DNA of 64,000 nucleotides from Gammaproteobacteria bacterium (GTDB lineage Bacteria; Pseudomonadota; Gammaproteobacteria; Eutrophobiales; Eutrophobiaceae), in the NCBI GenBank assembly GCA_965221695.1, contig OZ244905.1:576001-640000 (forward strand), read 5' to 3'. Shown here piece by piece: positions 1 through 9,024 of the stretch (positions within the stretch are counted from its first letter, which is position 1; the number at the start of each line of letters is the position of its first letter). The notes beneath the pieces are model-generated. The model was not told the origin of the DNA, did no database searches, and saw only the letters and a program-made list of their open reading frames with translations. The translations under genes and the position numbers were made by a program.

Positions 1-16
1 CATAAAAAATGACCAT

Positions 17-39
17 ACATCCTGTATATCCTGTACATC
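17..39. repeat. ACATCCTGTATATCCTGTACATC repeat, copy 1
   Basis: Exact reverse complement lies at 6929-6951; both copies are just downstream of a gene end. Confidence 0.8.
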
Positions 40-56
40 CATGTTAATGAAACCTG

Positions 57-1439
57 TTACTTCCTGCGCCAGGTCGTGCCCGCGGCGCCGTCCTCCAGGA
101 TGATCCCCGTTACATCCAACTGCGCGCGTATCCGGTCCGCCTCTGCGTAATTCCTTGCCGCCTTCGCCTGCGCCCGCTCTTCGATTAAGCGGCTAATCTG
201 GTCCGGGGAGATGTCGTCGTTGCCGGCGGCGGCGTGTAAAAATTCTGCGGGCTCCATTTGCAAGACCCCTAATACATCGCCCAGTCGTATCAAAGTCCTG
301 GCAAGGCGCGCAGCCTGTTCCGATGTCTTGTCCTGGAGGCGATTGATCTCTCCGGCAATTTCATGGAATAAAGTGATTGCCTCCCGGGTATTGAAATCAT
401 CGTCCATGACCTGCTCAAAACGCTGCCGATAGCCAGGCTCGAGAGCGCCTTCGCCGGGGTCAATGTCGCGCAAGGATGTGTACAGGCGGGTCAGACTCGT
501 TTTTGCCTCATCAAGGTGCCCATCGGAGTAGTTCAACTGGCTGCGGTAATGGCTGGAGAGTATGAAGAAACGGATCACCTCCGGCAGGTAGCGCGCCATG
601 ACTTCCCTGATAGTAAAAAAGTTGCCCAGTGATTTCGACATTTTCTCGTTGTCGACCCGCACGAAGCCATTGTGCATCCACAGGTTCACAAAATGCTTGC
701 TGCCGGCGCCGCAACTTTGGGCGATTTCATTTTCATGATGGGGAAAGAGCAAGTCCTGACCGCCACCATGGATATCGAAATCGTTGCCCAGGCAGTGAGT
801 GGACATCGCGGAACATTCGATATGCCAGCCCGGGCGGCCCCTGCCCCAGGGAGAATCCCAGGCCGGTTCACCGGGTTTCTCTGCCTTCCACAACACGAAA
901 TCGACCGGATCCGCCTTGGCCTCCTGCACATCGACCCGTATCCCGGCACGCAGCTCCTCGACATTCTTACCGGACAGCTTGCCGTAGTCGGCAAACGCAC
1001 TCACGTCATAGAATATGTCACCGTTCTTTGCCCGGTAGGCATAGCCATTCTCCAACAGCAACCCGATCATGGTAATGATCTGTTCCATGTGCTCTGTCGC
1101 CCTTGGTTCGCGCTCGGGGACCAGGACGTTCAGCGCGTTAAAATCCTCGTTCATCGCCTGGATAAAGCGCTCGGTCAATTCGTTAAAAGGCTCGCCGTTT
1201 TCCCGGGAACGGTTGATGATCTTGTCGTCTATGTCGGTTATATTACGAACATAGTTCACCTCGTAACCACGGAAACGAAGGTAACGGACGATCATGTCGA
1301 ACACCAGTATCATGCGCGCATGACCGATATGGCAATAATCATAGACCGTGATGCCGCACACGTACATACGCACTTTACCCGGGTCGATGGGCTGGAATTT
1401 TTGCTTTCGCCGCGTCAGCGAGTTGTATATAGTCAGCAT
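57..1439 (-). CDS. cysS: Cysteine--tRNA ligase
   Basis: [13 protein letters not shown] (HIGH), KMSKS and GWHIECSAM motifs. Confidence 0.98.
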   Translation of the reverse strand: MLTIYNSLTRRKQKFQPIDPGKVRMYVCGITVYDYCHIGHARMILVFDMIVRYLRFRGYEVNYVRNITDIDDKIINRSRENGEPFNELTERFIQAMNEDFNALNVLVPEREPRATEHMEQIITMIGLLLENGYAYRAKNGDIFYDVSAFADYGKLSGKNVEELRAGIRVDVQEAKADPVDFVLWKAEKPGEPAWDSPWGRGRPGWHIECSAMSTHCLGNDFDIHGGGQDLLFPHHENEIAQSCGAGSKHFVNLWMHNGFVRVDNEKMSKSLGNFFTIREVMARYLPEVIRFFILSSHYRSQLNYSDGHLDEAKTSLTRLYTSLRDIDPGEGALEPGYRQRFEQVMDDDFNTREAITLFHEIAGEINRLQDKTSEQAARLARTLIRLGDVLGVLQMEPAEFLHAAAGNDDISPDQISRLIEERAQAKAARNYAEADRIRAQLDVTGIILEDGAAGTTWRRK

Positions 1440-1492
1440 CTGGGATCGATTGCCATGAAAAACAAAACGGGCATGGTATCAAAAGAACGCGC

Positions 1493-2233
1493 GTGATGGA
1501 CACGTTATTTATCTCTGACCTGCATTTATCGACAGAACGGCCCGACAAGATAGACTTGTTCAGGCGCTTATTTGAGGGGCCGGCGCGCAACGCAGGCGCG
1601 GTGTATATTCTCGGCGACCTGTTCGAGCGCTTCTGGGTCGGAAACGACGAGCGTGCGGCTCCCGCCCCGGAAGTTATAGATATCCTGCGGGACTGCTGCC
1701 GGCACAACAGGGAGATTTACCTGCTGCGGGGCAACCGCGACCTGATGCTGGACCGTGGTTTCGGCGACCTGACAGGGTGCAAGCTGTTGGGTGATACGAG
1801 CGTGATCGATATCGCCGGCAAGCCTGCACTGATCATGCATGGCGACCTGCTCTGTACCCGTGACGTCAAATACCAGTGGTACCGGAAGTTCATTGATACC
1901 AAGACGATACGCAACCTTTTTCTGGGAATGCCGTATCATCTGCGGGCGTTTCTGACCCGTGGCATCAAGCCACTGATGAAAAAATCAGCCGCCGGCAAGG
2001 CGCCGGAGATCATTGATGTTGACCAGGCGACGGTGGAAGCGTACATGTCTGCGCACGGCGTGATGGAACTGATCCATGGCCATACCCACAAACCCGGGAT
2101 TCACCATTTTGAACTGAACGGCAACGCGGCGCAGCGTATCGTGCTGGGGGACTGGTACGAACAGGATTCGGTGCTGGTATGCCGGAACGGCGAACGCAAA
2201 CTCCTGTGCGTCAGTGAATACATTGGGGATTGA
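1493..2233 (+). CDS. lpxH: UDP-2,3-diacylglucosamine diphosphatase
   Basis: ISDLHLS, LGDLFE, GNRD, HGD, IHGHTH and VLGDW motifs; divergent from cysS; start GTG 1493 or ATG 1496. Confidence 0.93.
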   Translation: MMDTLFISDLHLSTERPDKIDLFRRLFEGPARNAGAVYILGDLFERFWVGNDERAAPAPEVIDILRDCCRHNREIYLLRGNRDLMLDRGFGDLTGCKLLGDTSVIDIAGKPALIMHGDLLCTRDVKYQWYRKFIDTKTIRNLFLGMPYHLRAFLTRGIKPLMKKSAAGKAPEIIDVDQATVEAYMSAHGVMELIHGHTHKPGIHHFELNGNAAQRIVLGDWYEQDSVLVCRNGERKLLCVSEYIGD

Positions 2234-2275
2234 CGCTGTGGGGCAAATCCAATAACTCGCAGTCATTGAATTTAG

Positions 2276-2309
2276 GGAGCCTCTGTGAGACTTAATCGTC
2301 TAAGGTTCC
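2276..2309. repeat. Mini-palindrome family copy (degenerate); abuts ampE stop codon
   Basis: TTAG-GGAGCCTCTGTGAGACTTAATCGTCTAAGGTTCC-TTAA. Confidence 0.7.
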
Positions 2310-3185
2310 TTAACTGATCCAGCCGGCAATCGTCATCAGGCCCAGTACGATCAACCAGACGATCAGGGTGCGGTTGATCAAGGCCATTGTTTCCCTGAGA
2401 CGGCCTGCAAACTCCTCGGTGTCCTGTTCCGTCTTCTTCTCGCCTTCCGGGTGGTAATGCAATGCGCCGAAACCCGAGAGCGTAATCACGTCCTTGCTGA
2501 CGACCAGCGTATGGCCGGATACCGAGCGCCAGCTCTCCAGCGCGCTCACCAGGCTGCCACCTAACGCAAATCCCAACGCGAGCATGCGCGATGACGGCCA
2601 CATCAATATGTTATGCAGGTCGCTCACCGCGCCGGCATACCCTCCCTGAGTGTTTTCATGGCGTTGCGCCAGGTTCCCCACCAGGCAATATAACAGCGCG
2701 CCTACCGCGCCCAGCAACAGGAACCAGAAGATGACCGCGAACAGGTATTCGTGGGCGCGCAGCATGATTGAGCTAATCACTCGATCCTGGTCGATCGCGC
2801 CATCCACAGGGTCTCCGTCTCCGGACAGAAGCCTGTCCAAGGCTTGCCGGCATACAGCCTCGTCACCGCCTGCCAAGGCATCAACGTAGCTGTCCACCAG
2901 TGAACCCAGGGCCGGGCCGAAGCTGTAAACCAGCGCTAGAAATGACAGCAAAAACCCCAGTACTATATTGACCTGACCGGCCAGGTAGACCAGGACACCC
3001 AGCAACGCCAACGGGATGAACAGGGTCAGCAGGACCCCGCCGGGACCTTGCCAGAATGATACACCCGAAAGCCGGGGTTCCAGCCAGTCACAGTAGTGCA
3101 CAAACCACGACTGGTTCCGGTACTTGTCGAAGCCACCGAGCCTGGCCTCCACCCCCAACGCAATCAATACCGTGATCAGGTTCAT
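2310..3185 (-). CDS. ampE: AmpE-family (CobD/CbiB-like) membrane protein
   Basis: Multi-TM protein with LFAVIFWF motif, directly downstream of ampD. Confidence 0.8.
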   Translation of the reverse strand: MNLITVLIALGVEARLGGFDKYRNQSWFVHYCDWLEPRLSGVSFWQGPGGVLLTLFIPLALLGVLVYLAGQVNIVLGFLLSFLALVYSFGPALGSLVDSYVDALAGGDEAVCRQALDRLLSGDGDPVDGAIDQDRVISSIMLRAHEYLFAVIFWFLLLGAVGALLYCLVGNLAQRHENTQGGYAGAVSDLHNILMWPSSRMLALGFALGGSLVSALESWRSVSGHTLVVSKDVITLSGFGALHYHPEGEKKTEQDTEEFAGRLRETMALINRTLIVWLIVLGLMTIAGWIS

Positions 3186-3254
3186 GCCGAAATAATAATG
3201 TATTTCCCGGGGAAATGGTATCCGTGCTCCAGGATGGAGTTGTCAGAGCTTCCG

Positions 3255-3815
3255 CTATTTCGAACGCAGTAGCGTGTATAGCCTGTCCCAGTCAAACGCG
3301 GGGCCTGGGTCGGTTTTGCGTCCCGGCGCGATGTGGCAGTGTCCCCGGATATTCTCCTCCTTAAGACTCGGCCATTTCTGTTGCAGCGCTTTTATCACCT
3401 GAACAAGCGCTTCATACTGCGCAGCCTCGTAATCCACATTGTCAGCGCCTTCCAGCTCGATACCGATCGAAAAATCGTTGCAGTTCTCCCGTCCGTTGAA
3501 TTCGGATACGCCGGCATGCCAGGCGCGCTTGTGAAACGGGACAAACTGTACGATCTCTCCTTCCCGGTCGATCAGCAGGTGTGCGGATACCCGTAACCCG
3601 CCGATTTCCTTAAAGTAAGGATGCGCGTCAGGGTCCAGTACATTGCAGAACAACTGTTCGATACAGCGGGCGCCGAATTCGCCCGGAGGCAGGCTGATGC
3701 CGTGGACGACGAGCAGGCTTATCTCAACCTGTTGCGGCCTGTCATCAAAATTTGGCGATGCAACGCGCCGCACGTTCGTCAGCCATTGCGCCTTGTCGTC
3801 TAGTTTTACGCTCAT
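3255..3815 (-). CDS. ampD: 1,6-anhydro-N-acetylmuramyl-L-alanine amidase
   Basis: SPNFDDRP, HGISLPPG, RAWHAG, NDFSIGIELEG, RKTDPG; start placed at MSVKLDD (3815). Confidence 0.95.
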   Translation of the reverse strand: MSVKLDDKAQWLTNVRRVASPNFDDRPQQVEISLLVVHGISLPPGEFGARCIEQLFCNVLDPDAHPYFKEIGGLRVSAHLLIDREGEIVQFVPFHKRAWHAGVSEFNGRENCNDFSIGIELEGADNVDYEAAQYEALVQVIKALQQKWPSLKEENIRGHCHIAPGRKTDPGPAFDWDRLYTLLRSK

Positions 3816-3870
3816 AATGAATATCCCAAAGTATACCGGAGACAAACTTGTATTTTCGATTTCAGCGTTA

Positions 3871-4005
3871 ACAGGACATCCGTATAATTTTGCTGCTGTT
3901 CCAGTAGTGGTACGATGGAATACCAACAGTTACATGCAATCGGGGGGTGCAGATATCTGATCATGGGGGTTAGTGGGTGTCCTGTAATTCACATGGGTGT
4001 CCTGT
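3871..4005. repeat. REP-like ACAGGACAYCC motifs, three copies (3871-3881 +, 3974-3985 -, 3994-4005 -)
   Basis: ACAGGACATCC and two TGGGTGTCCTGT in the ampD-nadC intergenic region; related inverted pair at 8847-8885. Confidence 0.55.
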
Positions 4006-4060
4006 TTTACGATATGATGAGCGCCCTTATATTCACCCGCCGGATAAGCTTGATCCAATT

Positions 4061-4906
4061 ATGGCCGATAAACACTTACCTGCCGATATTGCCAGTACCG
4101 TGCGGCGTGCGCTGAATGAAGACCTCGGAACAGGCGACCTGACGGCCAGGCTACTTCCGGAGGATGCCGTATGCAAGGCTGAAGTAACCAGCCGCGACCA
4201 TGCGGTACTGTGCGGCGTTCCCTGGTTCAACGAAGTGTTCAAGCAACTGGATGCGCGCATACACATTGACTGGCAAGTCGCTGACGGCGATGTTATTGAA
4301 CCCGAACAGACAGTTTGTGTCCTCTCCGGTCCGGTCAGGGCGCTGCTCAGCGGCGAACGCACCGCGCTGAACTTCCTGCAACTGCTATCGGGCACGGCGA
4401 CCGTGACGCGGGAGTATGCGACCCTGCTGGCTCACACGGCCACCCGGTTACTGGACACGCGCAAGACCATACCGGGCCTGCGCAGTGCGCAGAAATACGC
4501 GGTATTGTGCGGCGGCGGCGCCAACCACCGCATGGGACTGTATGACGCCATCCTGATCAAGGAAAATCACATCAGGGCCAGCGGGTCGATCGCGGCAGCG
4601 CTTGCTGAGGCGAGTGAAACACATCGGCATATCGAAATAGAGGTGGAAGACGAAACACAACTGGCGGAAGCGCTGGACGCCGGCGCCAATGCTGTTTTAC
4701 TGGATAATTTCACCCCGGATCAGGTAAAGCGGGCCGTTGAGATGAATAAGGGTCGTGCGCGCCTGGAAATCTCCGGCGGTGTGGATAAAAAAAGCATCCG
4801 GGAACTGGCCGGGACCGGCGTGGACTTCATTTCCGTAGGGGCGTTGACCAAGAACGTACACGCCGTGGATTTTTCCATGTTGTTAACCGGACAGGACTAC
4901 AAATAA
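4061..4906 (+). CDS. nadC: Nicotinate-nucleotide diphosphorylase (carboxylating)
   Basis: EDLGTGDLTA, GERTALNFLQ, LDTRKTIPG, LIKENH; divergent from ampD as usual; start MADKH. Confidence 0.96.
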   Translation: MADKHLPADIASTVRRALNEDLGTGDLTARLLPEDAVCKAEVTSRDHAVLCGVPWFNEVFKQLDARIHIDWQVADGDVIEPEQTVCVLSGPVRALLSGERTALNFLQLLSGTATVTREYATLLAHTATRLLDTRKTIPGLRSAQKYAVLCGGGANHRMGLYDAILIKENHIRASGSIAAALAEASETHRHIEIEVEDETQLAEALDAGANAVLLDNFTPDQVKRAVEMNKGRARLEISGGVDKKSIRELAGTGVDFISVGALTKNVHAVDFSMLLTGQDYK

Positions 4907-4908
4907 CC

Positions 4909-6249
4909 ATGAGCCTGCGCTTCCGACTCGCGCTGCTGATTACTTTGTTGTTCATCGCAGTGTTGTGCGCCGGCAGCGCGTACGCCATTTTCAATGCCCG
5001 CAAGACCATTACGGAGGAAATAGAGTCCGCAGTGCTGCTGACGTCCAACATGATCGCCGCATCCGTTTCCGCAATACAAAGTTCGGGCGACATGAACCTG
5101 TTCGACGAGTTGCTGCACGAATTGGCCAGGCTGGAGATGACGCGCCACATGGATACCATCATATCACTGGACTTAGGCGCAGGTTCCGCTCAGCCGCTAC
5201 AACCGGTGCCACCGATTGATGCTGACGCACCGGGCTGGTTCATCAACCTGGTCAAACCCCCGGTAAGGGAATACAAGCGGGTCATCACGAGTATCGGCTC
5301 CGCCGGAACGGAGATTATCATCCGTGCCGACCCGTCGGCTGAGATTTCAGAAACATGGCTTGAAACCCGTTATTTCCTGCTGCTGTTACTGCTGTTCACT
5401 GCCCTGGCAAACTTGCTGATTTATTTCATCCTGGGCAGGGACCTGGCGCCCATCGAAGCGATCCTGTCCGGACTGGAGCGTATTGAAAAAGGCGATTACC
5501 GGTTGCGCCTTCCGAAATTCACTTCCGTTGAGTTCACGCGTATCTCCGAACGTTTCAACCACCTCGCCGGCGTCCTGTTATATAACAGGGAGGAAAACAG
5601 ACGCCTGACCCGGCGTTCCCTGGAGATACAGGAGGAAGAAAGACGGCGTCTTGCACAGGAAGTGCATGACGAACTGGGGCAGTCACTGAGCGCCATCAAA
5701 GCGATCGCCACCTCTATGGAACAGACGCCTGCCGCGGCTGACCAGACCGCGGCCGAAAGCGCGACGCTTATCAAGAACATGGCCGATGATATGTATGGCG
5801 TAGCACGCGGTATCATCAGCCGGCTACGGCCGGCAGTGCTGGATGAACTGGGCCTGGTGCCGGCCATACAACAACTGGTGGATGACTGGAATTCAGCCCA
5901 TGCAGATACTTTCTGCCACCTGGACATCAAGGGCAACTGCGCCACTGCCGCCGACGCAGTGAAGATCAATATCTACCGCATCATCCAGGAAAGCCTGACC
6001 AACGTGGCGCGCCATGCCGCGGCAAAAAATGTCCATATCCTGCTCGAACACCAGCCTGGTAACAGCGATCGGTTGGCGCTTGAAATCAGGGACGACGGCG
6101 CCGGTTTCGACCCTGACAAAACTCGCTCAGGCATGGGCTTGACCGGCATCCGGGAGCGGGTGGACAGTATGGGGGGCGAGTTCGACCTGGCAACGGAGCC
6201 GAACAAAGGTGTGCATTTGGCTATAATGTTACCGCTGGAACCTGCTTAA
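4909..6249 (+). CDS. Sensor histidine kinase, LapD/MoxY-type periplasmic domain + HAMP + HisKA_3 (MxaY/MxcQ-like)
   Basis: Two TM helices, APGWF periplasmic motif, EERRRLAQEVHDELGQ H-box, DDGAGF and GMGLTG HATPase. Confidence 0.85.
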   Translation: MSLRFRLALLITLLFIAVLCAGSAYAIFNARKTITEEIESAVLLTSNMIAASVSAIQSSGDMNLFDELLHELARLEMTRHMDTIISLDLGAGSAQPLQPVPPIDADAPGWFINLVKPPVREYKRVITSIGSAGTEIIIRADPSAEISETWLETRYFLLLLLLFTALANLLIYFILGRDLAPIEAILSGLERIEKGDYRLRLPKFTSVEFTRISERFNHLAGVLLYNREENRRLTRRSLEIQEEERRRLAQEVHDELGQSLSAIKAIATSMEQTPAAADQTAAESATLIKNMADDMYGVARGIISRLRPAVLDELGLVPAIQQLVDDWNSAHADTFCHLDIKGNCATAADAVKINIYRIIQESLTNVARHAAAKNVHILLEHQPGNSDRLALEIRDDGAGFDPDKTRSGMGLTGIRERVDSMGGEFDLATEPNKGVHLAIMLPLEPA

Positions 6250-6256
6250 TGCACTT

Positions 6257-6907
6257 ATGAAAAACACAAACAGCAAAATCAGAATCCTCCTCGTCGACGA
6301 CCATGCCGTTGTGCGCGCCGGCTACCAGATGCTGCTCAAGCAGTCTGACAAGATGGAGATCATCGCCGAAGCATCCAACGGCGAGCAAGCTAACAAGCTG
6401 TTTACCGAACTCAAGCCGGATGTCGTGGTTATGGACCTGTCGCTGCCCGGTATCAGTGGCCTGGAGGCGATACGGCGCATCCTTAGCAAAGATCCAAATG
6501 CCAGGATCCTGGTGTTCAGTATGCATGAGGACACGGTATTCGTAGACCAGGCGCTGCGTGCCGGCGCATGCGGCTACCTGACCAAGAACAGCGCGCCAAA
6601 GACCTTGCTCAAGGCCATCGAAGAAATCGCGGAAGGCAGGCATTACATCGACGACCGGGTGGTGCAACACCTCGCATTCCAAAAGGCACGGGACGAGATC
6701 GGGCCGTTTTCCAGCCTGTCGCCCCGGGAGTTCGAGATTTTCTGTCTGCTGGCGGAAGGGCTCAACACCAACGAGATAGCAAGCCGGCTGTCCATCGGCT
6801 ACAAAACTGTCGCCAACTACAGCTCTCAGATAAAAAACAAGTTACAGGCCAACACCACCGCGGAGCTGGCCCGGTTGGCCATCCGGCACAACATCCTGCA
6901 GGCCTGA
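6257..6907 (+). CDS. NarL/LuxR-family response regulator (MxcE/MxaX-like)
   Basis: LVDDH, MDLSLPG receiver domain; LSPREFEIF HTH. Confidence 0.9.
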   Translation: MKNTNSKIRILLVDDHAVVRAGYQMLLKQSDKMEIIAEASNGEQANKLFTELKPDVVVMDLSLPGISGLEAIRRILSKDPNARILVFSMHEDTVFVDQALRAGACGYLTKNSAPKTLLKAIEEIAEGRHYIDDRVVQHLAFQKARDEIGPFSSLSPREFEIFCLLAEGLNTNEIASRLSIGYKTVANYSSQIKNKLQANTTAELARLAIRHNILQA

Positions 6908-6928
6908 GGCATTAGCAGAAGCTACGTT

Positions 6929-6951
6929 GATGTACAGGATATACAGGATGT
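6929..6951. repeat. GATGTACAGGATATACAGGATGT repeat, copy 2 (inverted)
   Basis: Reverse complement of 17-39. Confidence 0.8.
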
Positions 6952-7008
6952 GGGTGTGAAGTGCAGACATGAACCTGGGGCGCTTGTCCGAGGTATATAG
7001 TTGTTTCG

Positions 7009-7036
7009 GGAACCTCTGAGACTTAACAGAGGTTCC
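7009..7036. repeat. Mini-palindrome family copy; abuts fchA stop codon
   Basis: GGAACCTCTG-AGACTTAA-CAGAGGTTCC, perfect 10-bp arms, followed by TTA. Confidence 0.85.
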
Positions 7037-7660
7037 TTACAGTTTACTCTTTACCAGTTCATATACGGTTTCGGTATCGATGTCCGCGCCGGACAGTATT
7101 TGCTCCAGCTTGTCCCGCCGGTCATTCACGAACGCCTCATCCCTGATACCGCCGATGTTGATATAGACGTTCAAAGCGGCGCTGCGCAGCGCCGCGTGGG
7201 CCGCCAGCACCGCGACACCGGCATCGCTGATGACATTGAGGTTGCCTTTCTCCGCAACGGGGCGGCACAACCCAATGACATCGGCACAAAGTTGCGCACA
7301 GGCAAGGGGCACATCGGTCGCCTCTTTCAAGGCCGACTGGATGGCCTTGGACCTTGCCGCCTTCTCCTCTTCGGTCTCTTTGGCCATACCGTAGGCATCC
7401 ATCACGTTGTTGAACACATCAATGTCCGCCTGGATCATGCCGGTCAGCCGGGTGCGCAGGTCCTCTGACTGTTGCAGCAGGGCCTGCATCTCCTGTTCCA
7501 CATGTTCATATTTCTTCTTACCGACAGTGAAGTTTGCGACCATGCTGACCAACGCCGCGCCCATAGCGCCCATGATCGCAGCGGCGCTGCCGCCACCGGG
7601 AGTAGATGCCTTTGAGGCTAACTGGTCAAGAAATGACTGCAATTGCTGTTGCTGGAACAT
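7037..7660 (-). CDS. fchA: Methenyltetrahydrofolate cyclohydrolase (FTCD_C family)
   Basis: LASKASTPGGGSAAA, SDAGVA, AALNVYIN; adjacent to mtdA. Confidence 0.88.
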   Translation of the reverse strand: MFQQQQLQSFLDQLASKASTPGGGSAAAIMGAMGAALVSMVANFTVGKKKYEHVEQEMQALLQQSEDLRTRLTGMIQADIDVFNNVMDAYGMAKETEEEKAARSKAIQSALKEATDVPLACAQLCADVIGLCRPVAEKGNLNVISDAGVAVLAAHAALRSAALNVYINIGGIRDEAFVNDRRDKLEQILSGADIDTETVYELVKSKL

Positions 7661-7827
7661 GATTTTACCTCTTTACAGATATCAGTAGGGTAATGTATTA
7701 TTATTCAAGCTCTGAACCTGTCCATCCAGGACTTGTAAGAGCCGGTAAAACTAAAATGCGATTTTTGTTTTACTCTCAAATTCAATAACTTGAGTCATTG
7801 AATTTGGCGATACATCCCTGTATCGCA

Positions 7828-7858
7828 GGAACCTCTGAGAGACTTGACCAGAGGCCCC
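7828..7858. repeat. Mini-palindrome family copy, preceded by a segment shared with ~2245-2273
   Basis: GGAACCTCTGAGAGACTTGACCAGAGGCCCC; upstream AAATTCAATAACTTGAGTCATTGAATTT resembles AAATCCAATAACTCGCAGTCATTGAATTT. Confidence 0.75.
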
Positions 7859-7967
7859 ATAATTAAATTAGCCGCAGATTATAACGGATTTATTCGCAGA
7901 TGGCGCAGACGCGCACTGATCTTTCCTGCCCGCTACTTCCATAGTTCAAAATCACGAGGATACCTGA

Positions 7968-8825
7968 ATGAAAAAACTTCTGTTTCAATTGGATACCGAC
8001 CCTCATGCCGCCGTGTTCGACACCGTAGTCGGTTTTGATGGCGGCGCTGACCATGTCATCGGGCATGGCGGCTGTACCCCGGACAACGTGCGCGCGCTGG
8101 TAGACGGCGCCATCTTTACCCGCAGCCCCAAGGAAAAGAAAAACACCGCGCTGTTCATCGGCGGCAGTGACATGGTCGCCGGCGAAAAGTTGCTGGATGC
8201 GGTGCAGAAGGTGTTCTTCTCCAATTTTCGTGTCTCTGTGATGCTGGACAGCAACGGCAGCAACACCACTGCGGCGGCAGCGGCCGCCAAGCTCTTGAGC
8301 AGCGGCGGCGTTGCCGGAAAAAAAGTGGTGATACTCGGGGGAACCGGCCCGGTCGGCCAGCGCGCCGCAGTGATGCTGACCCGGGAAGGCGCCGAGGTTG
8401 TATTGTGCTCCCGCGGCCAGGAACGCGCCCAAGCAGCCTGCGATGCCATCAAAGACCGATTCGGCGTGGACATAACACCGTTGGGCACCGCAACCGGCGA
8501 AGACCGGGCACGCGCCGTTGAAGACGCCAGTATAGTGATCGCAACCGGCGCCGCCGGGGTTCAGTTACTGGACCGTGAAGCCTGGGAGAACAACGCATCA
8601 ATCGAGATGCTCGCCGACGCCAACGCCACCCCACCGCTGGGCATAGAAGGCGTGGACATGATGGACCGCGGCGAAGTGCGCAACGGCAAAACCTGCTGGG
8701 GCGCAATCGGTTTCGGCACCCTGAAGCTTGCGCTGCACCGGGCTTGCATCGCAAAGCTGTTCGAAAGCAACGACCAGGTTCTCGACGCCGAGGAGATCTT
8801 CGCACTGGCGAAAACCATGACCTGA
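7968..8825 (+). CDS. mtdA: NADP-dependent methylene-H4MPT/methylene-H4F dehydrogenase
   Basis: KKLLFQLDTD, FD.VVG.DGGADH, RVSVMLDSNGSNTTAAA and GTGPVG match MtdA. Confidence 0.92.
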   Translation: MKKLLFQLDTDPHAAVFDTVVGFDGGADHVIGHGGCTPDNVRALVDGAIFTRSPKEKKNTALFIGGSDMVAGEKLLDAVQKVFFSNFRVSVMLDSNGSNTTAAAAAAKLLSSGGVAGKKVVILGGTGPVGQRAAVMLTREGAEVVLCSRGQERAQAACDAIKDRFGVDITPLGTATGEDRARAVEDASIVIATGAAGVQLLDREAWENNASIEMLADANATPPLGIEGVDMMDRGEVRNGKTCWGAIGFGTLKLALHRACIAKLFESNDQVLDAEEIFALAKTMT

Positions 8826-8846
8826 AAAATGTAGCAGTTACGTAAA

Positions 8847-8885
8847 TCACAGGACCTCCATAGCCGACATGTGGGCGTCCTGTGA
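8847..8885. repeat. Inverted repeat downstream of mtdA (REP-like or terminator)
   Basis: TCACAGGACCTCCA ... TGGGCGTCCTGTGA. Confidence 0.55.
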
Positions 8886-9024
8886 ATGCTGTATAGGAAA
8901 AATTCCTAACCATTTATTCTTTTTTCCCTGTTTTCACTTAAGCAGTAAACGGCTACATTGCGTCTTTTAGCCGCTTGGCGGCGCAATTGCCTAATTCACT
9001 ACAATAAACCGGGAAACTCTGTCC

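Noticed and set aside
3255-4060. Extended N-termini for ampD (3926) and nadC (3977) from the ORF track
   Set aside because: Extensions run through repeat-containing intergenic DNA; family similarity begins at 3815 and 4061
8826-9024. Cobalamin riboswitch upstream of the TonB receptor
   Set aside because: No B12-box consensus recognisable
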